Shown here: positions 1-10,534 of the stretch, one piece after another
Layout of the letters: every line of letters begins with the position of its first letter
How positions within the stretch are numbered: position 1 is the first letter of the stretch
DNA from: a virus
Strand: one strand, 5' to 3'
DNA: 64,000 nucleotides
Virus record (IMG/VR): IMGVR_UViG_3300022927_001391
Coordinates: 32,001 to 96,000 of that record
Translations under genes and position numbers: made by a program
The notes under the pieces: generated by a model
The model's database searches: none
Told to the model about the DNA's origin: nothing
The model's input: the letters and a program-made list of their open reading frames with translations, nothing else

Positions 1-257
1 GCATGAATATTGTGGACGGTATGAAAACTATCGTATGCAAACTCAAAGACAATCCCTTGGGTTACACCAGCGTTGGCTATCCAGTGGACGAACTAAACCT
101 ACCTAACTGGTTTAAAGAACTTCCGTTTAATCATAAGGAAATGGAAGCAACTATTGTAGATCAGAAGCTAGATAACTTGTTGGGAGAGCTTGGCTGGAAC
201 TTAACACAAAAGACACAAATACATAGCACGTTTGAAAGTTTATTTACATTTGAGTAA
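1..257 (+). CDS. Family B DNA polymerase, C-terminal fragment (5' partial)
   Basis: Frame open from the window start; C-terminal sequence (KTIVCKLKDNPLG...LPNWFKELPF...IVDQKLDNLL) resembles ends of large-phage PolB; lies just upstream of a clamp-like gene. Confidence 0.6.
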   Translation, partial: MNIVDGMKTIVCKLKDNPLGYTSVGYPVDELNLPNWFKELPFNHKEMEATIVDQKLDNLLGELGWNLTQKTQIHSTFESLFTFE

Positions 258-265
258 TAATAGCA

Positions 266-273
266 TATAAATA
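266..273 (+). promoter_or_regulatory. T4-like late promoter TATAAATA
   Basis: Exact TATAAATA 17 nt before the ATG at 291, with GGAG RBS in between. Confidence 0.55.
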
Positions 274-290
274 CCCATGGAGATAGTGCC

Positions 291-1229
291 ATGGAAAGCA
301 GATTTATACAAAAGTTTCTAAGACTAGACCTAGTAAAAAGGTCAATAAGCAAGCTTGGGTTCGACTTTTCCCAGGAACTAATCCAGGATCGCGAACTAAT
401 AAATTATAACAAAGAATTTTTTGCTAATAACGAGAATTTCCACGCAGCACTTGTAGCATTAGATAACCTAGAAAAAGCTAAATCTGAATATGATAACTCT
501 ATTTCCAAAATTTGCAATGATGTAGAAGATATATTTAGAAGGCGTGAGCTCCGCATCTTACAGACCGATTATCATAACTTCGAAACTCGCACACTGACCT
601 TTGAAGAGTACATTAGCAGTAATAATGTTTTAAGTCTGGCAGCTAAAGATTTTATAATATCAGAAATACAAAGTAAAAGTGATTGGCAGTTTGCAGCAGT
701 AGACCTTAATCCAGTAGATGGTGAATTTACTAGAATGATGACTGCTAATGATCCACTATATGTAATTTATAGAGACGAAAATCATAAAGAAATTGTTAGA
801 AAAAAGTTTAATGAATTCTATGGCACACGAAGGTTAAGAGCATACACTGATATTAACGAACTTCCAGATAACCAACTCGGTTTAGCATATTGCTTCAATA
901 TGTTCGAGCTTATGCCTTTAGACCCTATTAAAGAGTTTTGTAAAACGCTGTTCCAAAAAATGCGTCCGGGTGGTACATTCATTTTCAGTTATACAGACTG
1001 TAGCCAAAGGGCAACTATAGAAATGTTACCTTATGAAGGGCGAGCTTACAACACCAAAGAAGCAATGAAAGGTACGATGTTTAGTTTAGGCTGGGACATT
1101 GTAAGTGCTGACAGCATCGAACAAATATTCAGTTATATGATTTTTAAGCGTCCGGGCGAGCTAGGATCTATTAAATTAAACACACCGAGTGTTGATATCG
1201 CAAAAGTTATTGACTCACAATCCAAATAA
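291..1229 (+). CDS. Putative class I SAM-dependent methyltransferase-fold protein with N-terminal helical region
   Basis: C-terminal FNMFELMP...FQKMRPGGTFIFSY resembles MTase motifs IV-VI; motif I is degenerate. Confidence 0.45.
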   Translation: MESRFIQKFLRLDLVKRSISKLGFDFSQELIQDRELINYNKEFFANNENFHAALVALDNLEKAKSEYDNSISKICNDVEDIFRRRELRILQTDYHNFETRTLTFEEYISSNNVLSLAAKDFIISEIQSKSDWQFAAVDLNPVDGEFTRMMTANDPLYVIYRDENHKEIVRKKFNEFYGTRRLRAYTDINELPDNQLGLAYCFNMFELMPLDPIKEFCKTLFQKMRPGGTFIFSYTDCSQRATIEMLPYEGRAYNTKEAMKGTMFSLGWDIVSADSIEQIFSYMIFKRPGELGSIKLNTPSVDIAKVIDSQSK

Positions 1230-1238
1230 TCTTACAAT
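1210..1238 (+). promoter_or_regulatory. Sigma70-like promoter TTGACT-N17-TACAAT (ATCT before -10)
   Basis: Seen directly; upstream of the clamp/dpdA run. Confidence 0.7.
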
Positions 1239-1269
1239 AAACTATCAACTTTAACAAAAGGAACAATCT

Positions 1270-2001
1270 ATGAAAGATTATCTACTTGATGTTGTGCAGC
1301 ATACGCACAGCCTAGGCTTTATTGATCTGGTTAAGATCACAGGAACTGACGACGAAACACTTGTTGAGGGTCTAGCAGAAGACCGTTCAGTTATTCTCAA
1401 AGGCAAGTTTCACAAGCCAGTACCAGAGTTCATGGGTACATTTGGTATGCCCAACTTGAGTACCCTAAACACAATCCTCCGTATTACTGAGTATGCTGAA
1501 AACGAAAAGATTTCAATTAACACACAGGAACGTAATGGTGAGACAGTACCAGTTGGCGTACACTTTGAGAACGCTACCGGCGACTTCCAGAACGATTATC
1601 GTTTTATGGCAAGTGAGATTGTAAATGACAAGCTCAAGACAGTACAGATGAAGAACGTAAACTGGGGTGTAGAGTTTGAACCCTCAGTAGCAAGCGTACA
1701 GCGTCTCAAGATGATGATCAGTGCTAATAGTACCGAGACTGTGTTCGTTGCTCGTACCGAAGGCAAGGACCTCAAGTTTACTTTTGGTGATGCTAGCACA
1801 CATGCCGGTAACTTCGTATTTCAACATGATGTTGGTGGTAAACTAAGCAAGGGCTGGGCGTGGCCAGTTGAGCAGGTTAGCAAGATCCTAAGCCTAAGTG
1901 GTGATGTAAACTACAAGATCAGTGATGACGGTGTTAGCCAGATTAGTGTTGACAGTGGACTTGGTGTTTATGACTATCTACTACCTGCACAAACAAAGTA
2001 A
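1270..2001 (+). CDS. Probable DNA polymerase sliding clamp (gp45-like)
   Basis: 243 aa, alternating beta/alpha pattern and size typical of phage clamps; near PolB; AAGGA RBS. Confidence 0.55.
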   Translation: MKDYLLDVVQHTHSLGFIDLVKITGTDDETLVEGLAEDRSVILKGKFHKPVPEFMGTFGMPNLSTLNTILRITEYAENEKISINTQERNGETVPVGVHFENATGDFQNDYRFMASEIVNDKLKTVQMKNVNWGVEFEPSVASVQRLKMMISANSTETVFVARTEGKDLKFTFGDASTHAGNFVFQHDVGGKLSKGWAWPVEQVSKILSLSGDVNYKISDDGVSQISVDSGLGVYDYLLPAQTK

Positions 2002-2627
2002 TGCACTTTTCCGTAAAACTTCTGCCCATACTGATAAGTCCACAACTAGACTGCATTTGGATTAATATTCCAAAGAACGCTAGCAGTTTTATGCAGAAGA
2101 TACTACAGGATAATGGCTGGCGTGAGCCAGATTCTAGTATACGGCTTGATCTATTAAACAGCAGTATTCGTAAACTTTGTATTTTTAGAAATCCTGTTGA
2201 AAGATGGATCAGCGGTTTTGCAGAATGTTTTATGGATATGCCGGAGATCATTGATTTATTAGACACCCCAGCATTTATAAAAGTCGTAGAGCGTTCTCCA
2301 ATATTTGATAATCATACAGAATTGCAGAGTACATTTGTAATTAATTCCACAAATCTAGAATATATTCATTTAAGATCTGTAGTCGACGCCAATAGTTTTT
2401 TTACTAACGTGGAACAGTGGATAAAAGAGAACGGTGGTCAGGCTGACTGTGGTAGATGGCAGGATCCAATAAACCCCAGTAGCAATGACGAAATAAAGCA
2501 TATGATTAACAAGAAATTGAAAAAAATAGTCGAACAGAATACACTTCTAAGAGCATCGTTAGATAATTTTTTCTCTCCTGATGTAGAATTGATTAATAAA
2601 GCAAGAAGAATATCCTATGGAAACTAA
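2001..2627 (+). CDS. Sulfotransferase family protein (Sulfotransfer_2-like)
   Basis: 5'-PSB motif INIPKNASS and 3'-PB motif FRNPVERWISG. Confidence 0.75.
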   Translation: MHFSVKLLPILISPQLDCIWINIPKNASSFMQKILQDNGWREPDSSIRLDLLNSSIRKLCIFRNPVERWISGFAECFMDMPEIIDLLDTPAFIKVVERSPIFDNHTELQSTFVINSTNLEYIHLRSVVDANSFFTNVEQWIKENGGQADCGRWQDPINPSSNDEIKHMINKKLKKIVEQNTLLRASLDNFFSPDVELINKARRISYGN

Positions 2628-4074
2628 CCTAACTGCACAACAATCAGACTATGCTGTGTTCCTCCCAGCACTCAGTAGTTTTTATTCTACGTTTGTGGGT
2701 AGACAGCGATATGAAAACTATGTTGATCCAGCACGTATTCCCAGTCACTTTACTAACGGTTTAGAGAGTGGTAACTGGTTGAGTAATGATGGTCTGTTTA
2801 ATTACAAGTGGAGTCTGTATAGTTCAGGACATGTGGACTTAGACACTACCAAGCATCTCCCTAAAGAAGCAATGATACGTGAACGTGATCGTAGCACAAG
2901 TTTTATTGTTGGTGACTCAGGTGGATATCAGATTGGTAAGGGTGTATGGGAAGCAGACTGGAAGGATCCCAACTGTCCTAAAGCTCACGCCAAACGTGAC
3001 GCTGTTCTAAAGTGGATGGATGCCTATATGGATTACGGCATGACACTTGATGTTCCAAGTTGGTTACAGCGTAGTAGTCAGGAAGCCAGAGATCGTACCG
3101 GCATTCATAGCTATGAAGATGCGTGTTCAGCAACTGAGATCAATAATGAATATTGGATACGTAATCGCAAGGGGGAATGTCGTTTCCTAAACACACTTCA
3201 GGGTGAGAATCATACAGAGGCAGATGACTGGTACAACCGTATGAAGAAATACTGTGATCCAAAACAGTATGAGAATCACTTTAATGGTTGGGCAATGGGT
3301 GGACAAAACGTAAGTGATGTGCACCTTATTCTAAAGCGTATAGTTACTCTAATGCGTGATGGCTTACTTGAAAAGGGACTACACGATTGGATGCACGTAC
3401 TAGGTACTAGTAAACTAGAATGGGCGTGTCTACTAACAGATGTTCAACGTGCGGTACGCAAACATTACAACGAGAACTTTACTGTCAGCTTTGATTGTGC
3501 CAGTCCTTTCCTTGCAGTAGCAAATGGTCAAGTATACTATCAGCTTACAATGGAAGATCGCAAGCGTTGGAGTTATCGTATGACGAAATGCTTTGACGAT
3601 AAGAACTTGAGCAAGGATACTACACCGTTTGGACAGGCATTTGTGCGCGAAGGCTGCGCAGAGTCATTCCATGAAACAGTTGTAAGCAAGGGACTTACAG
3701 CAGCAGACATTTGTGCATATAGTCCTGGTGACCTAAATAAAATAGGCAAGGAAGGACGCACAAGCTGGGATAGTTTTACATACTTCCTACTAATGGCGCA
3801 CAGTGTAGCCCTTCATATTGAAGCGTGTCAGGAAAGCAATAGACGTTACGATAAGGGCATTATTCCCAGTATGTTGGTGCAAGAAGACTTTGATCGTGTA
3901 CTAATGCGTGACATAATTAATGAAATAATTGGTTGCGCGGATTCAGATAAGGCGTTACAATTAGTAGACGAGTACAGCAAATTATGGATGGAAGCAGTGG
4001 GTACTCGAGGTTATACCGGTAAACGTGCTATAAATTCTAATACAAAATTTTATGATCTTTTCCAAGAGGTTTAG
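2617..4074 (+). CDS. dpdA: DpdA/TGT-like 7-deazaguanine transglycosylase
   Basis: TGT-fold motifs in order: DSGGYQ, LDVP, GWAMGG, HVLGT, SFDCASP (nucleophile Asp); no tRNA-TGT CxCxxC zinc motif; folE/queD/queE/yhhQ nearby. Confidence 0.8.
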   Translation: METNLTAQQSDYAVFLPALSSFYSTFVGRQRYENYVDPARIPSHFTNGLESGNWLSNDGLFNYKWSLYSSGHVDLDTTKHLPKEAMIRERDRSTSFIVGDSGGYQIGKGVWEADWKDPNCPKAHAKRDAVLKWMDAYMDYGMTLDVPSWLQRSSQEARDRTGIHSYEDACSATEINNEYWIRNRKGECRFLNTLQGENHTEADDWYNRMKKYCDPKQYENHFNGWAMGGQNVSDVHLILKRIVTLMRDGLLEKGLHDWMHVLGTSKLEWACLLTDVQRAVRKHYNENFTVSFDCASPFLAVANGQVYYQLTMEDRKRWSYRMTKCFDDKNLSKDTTPFGQAFVREGCAESFHETVVSKGLTAADICAYSPGDLNKIGKEGRTSWDSFTYFLLMAHSVALHIEACQESNRRYDKGIIPSMLVQEDFDRVLMRDIINEIIGCADSDKALQLVDEYSKLWMEAVGTRGYTGKRAINSNTKFYDLFQEV

Positions 4075-4296
4075 ATGAATAACATTGATAGGCTAACTGA
4101 ACAACACAATCGCCTACATGCCAGTGTTGAAAAGCTAGAAAAAGAACACGAGCAGTTTCCAGATGATACGGAAATCAAAAACAGGCTTATGGATCTTAAA
4201 AAGAAAAAGCTACAAGTAAAAGATAATATTAACCAGCTAATGCGTGAAGAATATAAGTCACGTGAGCAATTTAATTTCGAGGAATATGACCGATGA
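4075..4296 (+). CDS. Small coiled-coil protein (DUF465/YdcH-like)
   Basis: L..QHNRLHASVEKLE...DLKKKKLQVKDNI pattern. Confidence 0.55.
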   Translation: MNNIDRLTEQHNRLHASVEKLEKEHEQFPDDTEIKNRLMDLKKKKLQVKDNINQLMREEYKSREQFNFEEYDR

Positions 4297-4943
4297 GATA
4301 CTATCGTATTCTAATTCAAGGATATGGCGGTGAGCAGTGCTTCGGTAGCCTTACCAAGGAACAGTACGACTTCTGGAAGGACATGGAAGAAGAACATATC
4401 ATCTCTCATATGATTGATCCCCATGAAGAATGTGATGAAAATCCTGTGTTTGATGATACTGATCCACGATGGATCGGTGAGTACTATGAACAAGAAGATA
4501 TTATGTGTCTTAGTGCAGCCGCACTAGATACAGCGTACATTACTATCGAGGAGCACGATGGTGCTGAATATGATAGCAAGCACGTTAAAGATATCCTTGA
4601 TGCAACAGACTGGAGCGAGTTATTCAACAAGTATGAAGAACAGGGTATCGAAGATAACATTACTTACGAATGGGTAAACTTTCCCAAGGATTATCCTGAG
4701 GTTAAATATGTTTTCTATGGTGCTAGTATCGAGAAAGGGTGCTTTGGAGACTATACTGTAGAGCTACCCGATGACGAAGAGTTTGACTTTATGAAACTAA
4801 AGTGGTGTCAAACTGAAACACCTAATGGTGAAGACTTTATTGAGTTACTGTCTTATGGTGAGCAGGAACTGGACAACTGTGGCCACGATACAAATGGAAA
4901 AGGCATGGCCGCTGCCGTATGGGAACTAAACAAAAGTGAATAA
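4293..4943 (+). CDS. Acidic hypothetical protein
   Basis: 216-aa ORF with ATGA overlap, D/E rich. Confidence 0.6.
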   Translation: MRYYRILIQGYGGEQCFGSLTKEQYDFWKDMEEEHIISHMIDPHEECDENPVFDDTDPRWIGEYYEQEDIMCLSAAALDTAYITIEEHDGAEYDSKHVKDILDATDWSELFNKYEEQGIEDNITYEWVNFPKDYPEVKYVFYGASIEKGCFGDYTVELPDDEEFDFMKLKWCQTETPNGEDFIELLSYGEQELDNCGHDTNGKGMAAAVWELNKSE

Positions 4944-5094
4944 AAAACAGTACACAGAATGGGCGTATTCTCAAATGAAAAAGTATGGTATTCCAATGCC
5001 CGAAACATATTCAGCTGAGGAAATTAAAAAGTATTGCCCGGATATCCCGTCTAAGTTTATTAATAATCATGTAAGGGAAAGAGACAATGGCTGA
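4936..5094 (+). CDS. Small hypothetical protein (52 aa, not in ORF track)
   Basis: GTG start; MNKKQYTEWAYSQMKKYGIPMPETYS...RERDNG; fills the gap and overlaps both neighbours. Confidence 0.55.
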   Translation: MNKKQYTEWAYSQMKKYGIPMPETYSAEEIKKYCPDIPSKFINNHVRERDNG

Positions 5095-5542
5095 AACAAG
5101 AGAGAGTCATGACGAGTTTATCCTACGTAGTATGCGTGAAGAAGGTCTAAAGGATCGAGTACGCAAAGCCTCACGTATGGTATGGGTTAAGTTTGAAAAG
5201 GAAGGTATGCATCGCTATCCAGCGGCTGCTGATGATCCTAAACTAGCAACAGGCGATGAATATGATGTAAGTTTCCTTGCACATCCTCATCGTCACATCT
5301 TCAAGTTCCGTGTATGGATTGAAGTATTCCATGATGATCGTGACATTGAGTTTATTCAGTTTAAACGTTGGATGAATAAACTTTACGAAGGTGAACTTGA
5401 CGTAGACTTTAAGTCATGTGAAATGCTTTCAGATGACCTTTATTTAACCATCCAGGATCGCTATCCAGGTCGTGATATTTGGATTGACGTATCCGAAGAC
5501 GGCGAAAATGGCGCACTAACACAATATTCAAAGGACGTATAA
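5087..5542 (+). CDS. QueD-like T-fold protein, DpdL-type (putative CDG decarboxylase)
   Basis: Motif LAHPHRHIF (LxxxHRHxF) plus SCE and VSEDGEN; lacks the CxxxHGH of true QueD; near dpdA. Confidence 0.65.
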   Translation: MAETRESHDEFILRSMREEGLKDRVRKASRMVWVKFEKEGMHRYPAAADDPKLATGDEYDVSFLAHPHRHIFKFRVWIEVFHDDRDIEFIQFKRWMNKLYEGELDVDFKSCEMLSDDLYLTIQDRYPGRDIWIDVSEDGENGALTQYSKDV

Positions 5543-5754
5543 TGAAAAACGAAGTGCAAAAGGTATTTGATGACCTAGACGATTACAAGCGTTTCTGCAC
5601 AGTATTTGGTCATCCTTATAATGAGGCTGACCTTTATCGACAGAGTTCACCAGCATATGCTGAATATGCCGCATTTAAAACTGGCAAGCGTATAAGTAAT
5701 AACTGGATCAGGGACGCTAAAGTTTTTGGTCGTAACATCTTTGGATCACGATAA
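5542..5754 (+). CDS. Hypothetical protein
   Basis: 70-aa ORF, TAATG overlap with the upstream gene. Confidence 0.6.
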   Translation: MKNEVQKVFDDLDDYKRFCTVFGHPYNEADLYRQSSPAYAEYAAFKTGKRISNNWIRDAKVFGRNIFGSR

Positions 5755-5760
5755 GAAGTT

Positions 5761-6810
5761 ATGACTGTCTACTTAATAGATTTAGAAGCTGTTGAAACCC
5801 GGTATACTTCCGAGTGGAAACAGTATCTACCTAAACAAATTAAACAGAAAACTAAAGAAGATACTGTAGTTATTTCCGGTGGTGAAGTTCCTCAGGCGAC
5901 TACTCCTGGAGCCTTCCTAAACTTTGCTGGTACTAACAACTATAAATCCCAGCAAATGTTAGAAATTAGTACACTGTTTGCCAATGGAGAAGTGAAAGAT
6001 GGAGATTATTTCCTATATACGGACGCTTGGAACCCAACTGTTATCCAGCTTCGTTACATGGCTGAGCTACTGGGCGTTAATATTAGAATCGGTGGTCTTT
6101 GGCATGCTGGTAGTTATGATCCTGCTGACTTCTTAGGTAGACTGATTGGAGCAAAGGCATGGGTAAGGCATGCTGAAGCAAGTATGTTTGAATGTTACGA
6201 TGATAACTTCTTCGCCAGTGAATTCCACATTGACCTGTTCTGTAGTGCGTTTACAGCAAATAAAAGTGAGAAGTTTGTTCGAACAGGCTGGCCAATGGAA
6301 TATGAAAAGAAGCAGATGTCAGCATTTAAGGACATGGAAAAGACTAATACTATCCTGTTCCCACATCGCATTGCTTCTGAAAAGCAGCCTGAGATATTCC
6401 GTGATCTGGCAGAGAGTATGCCAGAATATGAATGGATCACATGTATGGAAAAGGGCTACACAAAGGATGATTATCACCGCGCATTAGGTACAGCAAAATT
6501 AGTGTTTAGTGCAAACCTACAAGAAACTCTAGGCATCAGTTGGTATGAAGGCCTTCTAGTTGATACTATACCAATGGTTCCAGATCGTTTGAGCTATAGT
6601 GAAATGGCAATGGATGAGTTTAAGTACCCAAGCGAGTGGACAGAAAGCTGGGATAAATACTTGGAGCATAAGAACAGCATAATCGAAAGAATAAACGATT
6701 ATATTCATAACTATGATAGTTATCTTAGTATTATGTCAAAACAATCCAAACAACTTTCTGAAAATTATTTCAGTGGCAAACTAATTTACGAACGAATTAA
6801 GAATAGATGA
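5761..6810 (+). CDS. GT-B glycosyltransferase (GT4-like)
   Basis: FPHRIASEKQPE and QETLGISWYEG (E-x7-E) donor-binding motifs. Confidence 0.75.
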   Translation: MTVYLIDLEAVETRYTSEWKQYLPKQIKQKTKEDTVVISGGEVPQATTPGAFLNFAGTNNYKSQQMLEISTLFANGEVKDGDYFLYTDAWNPTVIQLRYMAELLGVNIRIGGLWHAGSYDPADFLGRLIGAKAWVRHAEASMFECYDDNFFASEFHIDLFCSAFTANKSEKFVRTGWPMEYEKKQMSAFKDMEKTNTILFPHRIASEKQPEIFRDLAESMPEYEWITCMEKGYTKDDYHRALGTAKLVFSANLQETLGISWYEGLLVDTIPMVPDRLSYSEMAMDEFKYPSEWTESWDKYLEHKNSIIERINDYIHNYDSYLSIMSKQSKQLSENYFSGKLIYERIKNR

Positions 6811-7646
6811 ACATTCTTTTAATCGGCGGCGCCGGATTTATAGGAAAACACCTAGAGCGTGACCTTGTACAAGATCATACTATATGGAGTATCGATAAAA
6901 GTTTTGGTACCAATGTAAACAATAATCAGGACTTGGAACTAATTAGCCCTGATTATGATTGTGTTATATTTCTAGCAGCGGAACCAAACCTAGCCGCAGT
7001 AAAACGCAACCCTATTGAAGCTACACATACACTTACAACAGGACTTATAAATTGCTTAGAGCGTTTTAAAAACAGTCATTTCGTTTATTTTAGTAGCAGT
7101 ATGGTTTACGGTAATTGGGATGGGCATTCCACAAAATTGGAATATGACCATCCGGCACCAATTGACTTGTACGGCAGACTTAAACTAGTAGGTGAAGGAC
7201 TAGTTAAAGAACTACACGATAACTGGACTATTGTTAGACCCACAGCAGTTTATGGTGTGGGCGATGATCCAAAACGTGTACTACCTACTTTTATCCGCAT
7301 TGCTCGCAGTGGTGGAGAAATTGAAGTAAAAGGTGTAGATAACTGTTTGGACTTTACTCATGTAAGTGATGTGGTTCAGGCTGTTAGACTTATTATCGAA
7401 AAGCATGACAGTTTGTCCTACAACAAAAATATTTTCAATGTAAGTTATGGTCAAAGTCACGCACTGGATATTATTGCAGAATATATCTGCACACTGGTTG
7501 GATCTGGATCTTATAAGATTGTTGACCGCGATTATGACTACCCTAAACGTGGCGCACTTGACATTCAAAAGGCTAGAACAGAACTTGGTTACCATCCCAA
7601 GGTTAATGTTCAAGCAGGTATTAAAAAGTTATTGGAGGAACTATGA
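6807..7646 (+). CDS. NAD-dependent nucleotide-sugar epimerase/dehydratase
   Basis: GGAGFIG, SSSMVYG, YGRLK (YxxxK), VYG, DFTHVSD. Confidence 0.9.
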   Translation: MNILLIGGAGFIGKHLERDLVQDHTIWSIDKSFGTNVNNNQDLELISPDYDCVIFLAAEPNLAAVKRNPIEATHTLTTGLINCLERFKNSHFVYFSSSMVYGNWDGHSTKLEYDHPAPIDLYGRLKLVGEGLVKELHDNWTIVRPTAVYGVGDDPKRVLPTFIRIARSGGEIEVKGVDNCLDFTHVSDVVQAVRLIIEKHDSLSYNKNIFNVSYGQSHALDIIAEYICTLVGSGSYKIVDRDYDYPKRGALDIQKARTELGYHPKVNVQAGIKKLLEEL

Positions 7647-8860
7647 AAGTAGGATTTATTGGATTAGGAAAGCTAGGTCTGCCTTGTGCAGAAGCAATGG
7701 CTGTAAAATACTCAGTTACGGGGTTTGATATTGAAGACCGTGCTAGTGATAATATAAAAGTTGTCACAGATGTAAAAGATGCAGTACAAAACAAAGATCT
7801 AGTTTTTGTTGCTATTCAAACACCACATCATCCACAGTATGATGGTAGCATGCCTTGTATGGACTATGAGCCGCAGGACTTTAACTATGATCAAGTAAAG
7901 CAGTGTTTAACTGAAGTAAACCAGTATGCGAATGAGCATACTCTTATAGTTCTTATTAGCACAGTATTGCCCGGCACTGTACGCAGAGAACTTGCACCTT
8001 TAATTACACAAGCACGTTTTATCTATAACCCATATCTAATTGCTATGGGCAGTGTAGCATGGGATATGGTCAATCCAGAAATGGTTATCATTGGCACAGA
8101 GGATGGTAGTGAAACAGGTGATGCAAGTCTGCTTATTAACTTCTATAAAGAACTTATGCAGAATAATCCTCGCTATAGTGTAGGAACATGGGAAGAAGCA
8201 GAGAGTATAAAGATATTCTATAACACATTTATCAGTGCAAAACTCAGCCTTGTTAACATGATCCAGGACGTTGCAATGAAACTGGGCAACATGAATGTTG
8301 ATGTAGTTACAGATGCTCTCGCTAACAGCACCCAACGTATTATGGGCCCAAAGTATATGACAGCGGGGATGGGAGATGGTGGTCCTTGTCATCCACGTGA
8401 CAATATTGCACTACGTTACATGGCTAAGGAATTAAATTTAGAATATGATCTGTTCCATGCTATTATGAACAGTAGAGAAGTACAAGCACGTAATCTTGCA
8501 AACTTTCTATGTGATCTTGCCAAGGAACATGAACTGCCTGTACTCATACACGGCTATGCATACAAGCCAGATGTGCCATATACTGAAGGTAGCTACAGTA
8601 GTTTGGTTGCACATTACTGTAGCGAACGAGGGTTTCATCCTATGATTGTTGATCCTCTTACACATCCAGATCCTGGTCCTTATAGTGCAGTTGTACTTCT
8701 TGCTCACAATCCAAGTGTTACTTATAACTACATTAACAATCAACAATCTAACAACTTATATTGCAAACTTAATGAGGACAGCGTTATTGTTGATCCTTGG
8801 CGCAGTTTTTCAGACACTAGTTATAAGGTGATTCATTATGGCAACACCCGTATTACATAG
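7643..8860 (+). CDS. UDP-glucose/GDP-mannose dehydrogenase family protein
   Basis: GLGKLG, ISTVLPGT, KIFYNTF, GGPCHPRD (catalytic Cys), AYKP. Confidence 0.9.
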   Translation: MKVGFIGLGKLGLPCAEAMAVKYSVTGFDIEDRASDNIKVVTDVKDAVQNKDLVFVAIQTPHHPQYDGSMPCMDYEPQDFNYDQVKQCLTEVNQYANEHTLIVLISTVLPGTVRRELAPLITQARFIYNPYLIAMGSVAWDMVNPEMVIIGTEDGSETGDASLLINFYKELMQNNPRYSVGTWEEAESIKIFYNTFISAKLSLVNMIQDVAMKLGNMNVDVVTDALANSTQRIMGPKYMTAGMGDGGPCHPRDNIALRYMAKELNLEYDLFHAIMNSREVQARNLANFLCDLAKEHELPVLIHGYAYKPDVPYTEGSYSSLVAHYCSERGFHPMIVDPLTHPDPGPYSAVVLLAHNPSVTYNYINNQQSNNLYCKLNEDSVIVDPWRSFSDTSYKVIHYGNTRIT

Positions 8861-9359
8861 TCATATTGATCCTTTTTGGGACGACGAATATAAAAGTTTG
8901 TCGTATAAGTTAGAACCTTTTAACAATCGAGACGATCTAACTGAGTGGAAACGACAAGGATATGTACATCCTGAAAGTCATTACACAGGCTTCCTATGTG
9001 ACATGCGTAGCCCTCAACCTGGTTGGAATGACAAGGTTATGCACTGGGCAGAGGATCAATTTGGTCTTAAAGACATAGGTACAAGTTACTATAGAATGGG
9101 TACAGGTGTAATATTGCCTTGTCATAAGGATACCTATGCAAAGTATTGTGAGTTGTTTGATTTAAAAGTCAGTGATTGTGAACGTATTGTCGTATTCCTT
9201 GAGGACTGGCAGAGTGGTCATTACTTCGAGATAGATGGCTGTGGAAAAGTAAATTGGAAAAAGGGTGACTATGTTTACTGGAAAGGCGACACAGAACATA
9301 TGGCTGCAAACTTAGGTACCACAAAGAGATACACACTTCAAATAACAGGACACAAATAA
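8838..9359 (+). CDS. 2OG-Fe(II)/cupin-fold oxygenase-like protein
   Basis: HKD...H metal triad and RYTLQIT C-terminal strand; paralog at 50815. Confidence 0.6.
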   Translation: MATPVLHSHIDPFWDDEYKSLSYKLEPFNNRDDLTEWKRQGYVHPESHYTGFLCDMRSPQPGWNDKVMHWAEDQFGLKDIGTSYYRMGTGVILPCHKDTYAKYCELFDLKVSDCERIVVFLEDWQSGHYFEIDGCGKVNWKKGDYVYWKGDTEHMAANLGTTKRYTLQITGHK

Positions 9360-10534
9360 TGAAACGTATATTATTACTAGGTAGCGGTGAACTTGGCAAG
9401 GAGTTTGTTATCAGTGCTAAAAGACTTGGCTGTTATGTTGTTGCTTGTGATAGCTATGCAGGTGCGCCGGCGATGCAAGTAGCAGATCAATATGTTGTTT
9501 TTGATATGTTAGATGGCGAAATGTTATCTAATATTATAGATGAATACAAACCAGATCTCATAGTACCAGAGATTGAAGCTATCCGTACAGAAGTCTTACT
9601 GGAAAAGGAAACACAGGGTTATACAGTTGTTCCTACAGCAAGAGCAACTAACCTAACAATGAATCGAGATCGTATTAGGGATCGTGCAGTTGAACTTGGT
9701 TTGCGTACAGCAAAGTTTGAATATGCTGAGGATTTAGAAATACTACAAAGTGCTTGTAGACGGATTGGGTTTCCCTGCGTTGTAAAGCCTGTAATGAGCT
9801 CAAGCGGTAAAGGACAGAGTGTAATTGATGAGGAGCGTGAGGTGGATGCTGCATGGAAATATGCAGTATCAGGCATGCGTGGCGACAGGCAGCGTGTTAT
9901 TGTAGAAGAGTTTATTGATTTTGATTTAGAACTTACACTGCTAACTGTAAAGCAACATGATGGACCTACGCTTTTCTGTCCACCAATTGGTCATTATCAG
10001 GAGCGTGGAGACTATCAGTACAGTTGGCAACCTGCACTAGAACAAACTTTTACAGGGCATATTATCGAAACACATGCACAAGAGATGGCAAAAATCATTA
10101 CAGATGATTTGGGTGGTGCTGGTATATTTGGTGTAGAGTTTTTTGTTAAGACCAAAGGCAATAGTCCTGAGGTTATCTTCAGCGAACTGAGTCCACGCCC
10201 ACACGATACTGGAATGGTAACCATGTTTACGCAAAACCTAAGTGAGTTTGACTTACATGCAAGAGCTATACTGGGATTACCAATTGGTGAAATTAAACTG
10301 GTACGTCCGGGCGCAAGTCACGTTGTACTAGCACATGAAACTATACATGAGTTTATTATAAGCGGTATTAACGATGCACTTAAAATACCAGACGTTGATG
10401 TAAGAGTGTTTGGTAAGCCTACGACTAGACCATATCGTAGAATGGCAGTTGTACTTGCACCTAGTTTAGAAATTGCAAAAGAAGCAGCCGGTAAAATTAG
10501 TGTGATAGATATTGCAAGTGATGCAGGTGCATAA
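9359..10534 (+). CDS. purT: Formate-dependent phosphoribosylglycinamide formyltransferase (ATP-grasp)
   Basis: [52 protein letters not shown]. Confidence 0.93.
   Translation: MKRILLLGSGELGKEFVISAKRLGCYVVACDSYAGAPAMQVADQYVVFDMLDGEMLSNIIDEYKPDLIVPEIEAIRTEVLLEKETQGYTVVPTARATNLTMNRDRIRDRAVELGLRTAKFEYAEDLEILQSACRRIGFPCVVKPVMSSSGKGQSVIDEEREVDAAWKYAVSGMRGDRQRVIVEEFIDFDLELTLLTVKQHDGPTLFCPPIGHYQERGDYQYSWQPALEQTFTGHIIETHAQEMAKIITDDLGGAGIFGVEFFVKTKGNSPEVIFSELSPRPHDTGMVTMFTQNLSEFDLHARAILGLPIGEIKLVRPGASHVVLAHETIHEFIISGINDALKIPDVDVRVFGKPTTRPYRRMAVVLAPSLEIAKEAAGKISVIDIASDAGA

Noticed and set aside
2617-4074. Calling this a canonical tRNA-guanine transglycosylase (tgt)
   Set aside because: No CxCxxC zinc site, longer and divergent, and in a replication plus folE/queD/queE context that fits DpdA better
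4072-4077. dpdA TAG stop directly followed in frame by ATG (possible read-through or amber recoding)
   Set aside because: The downstream gene has its own GAGG RBS, and other genes end cleanly at TAG with no fragmented ORFs, so the standard code fits
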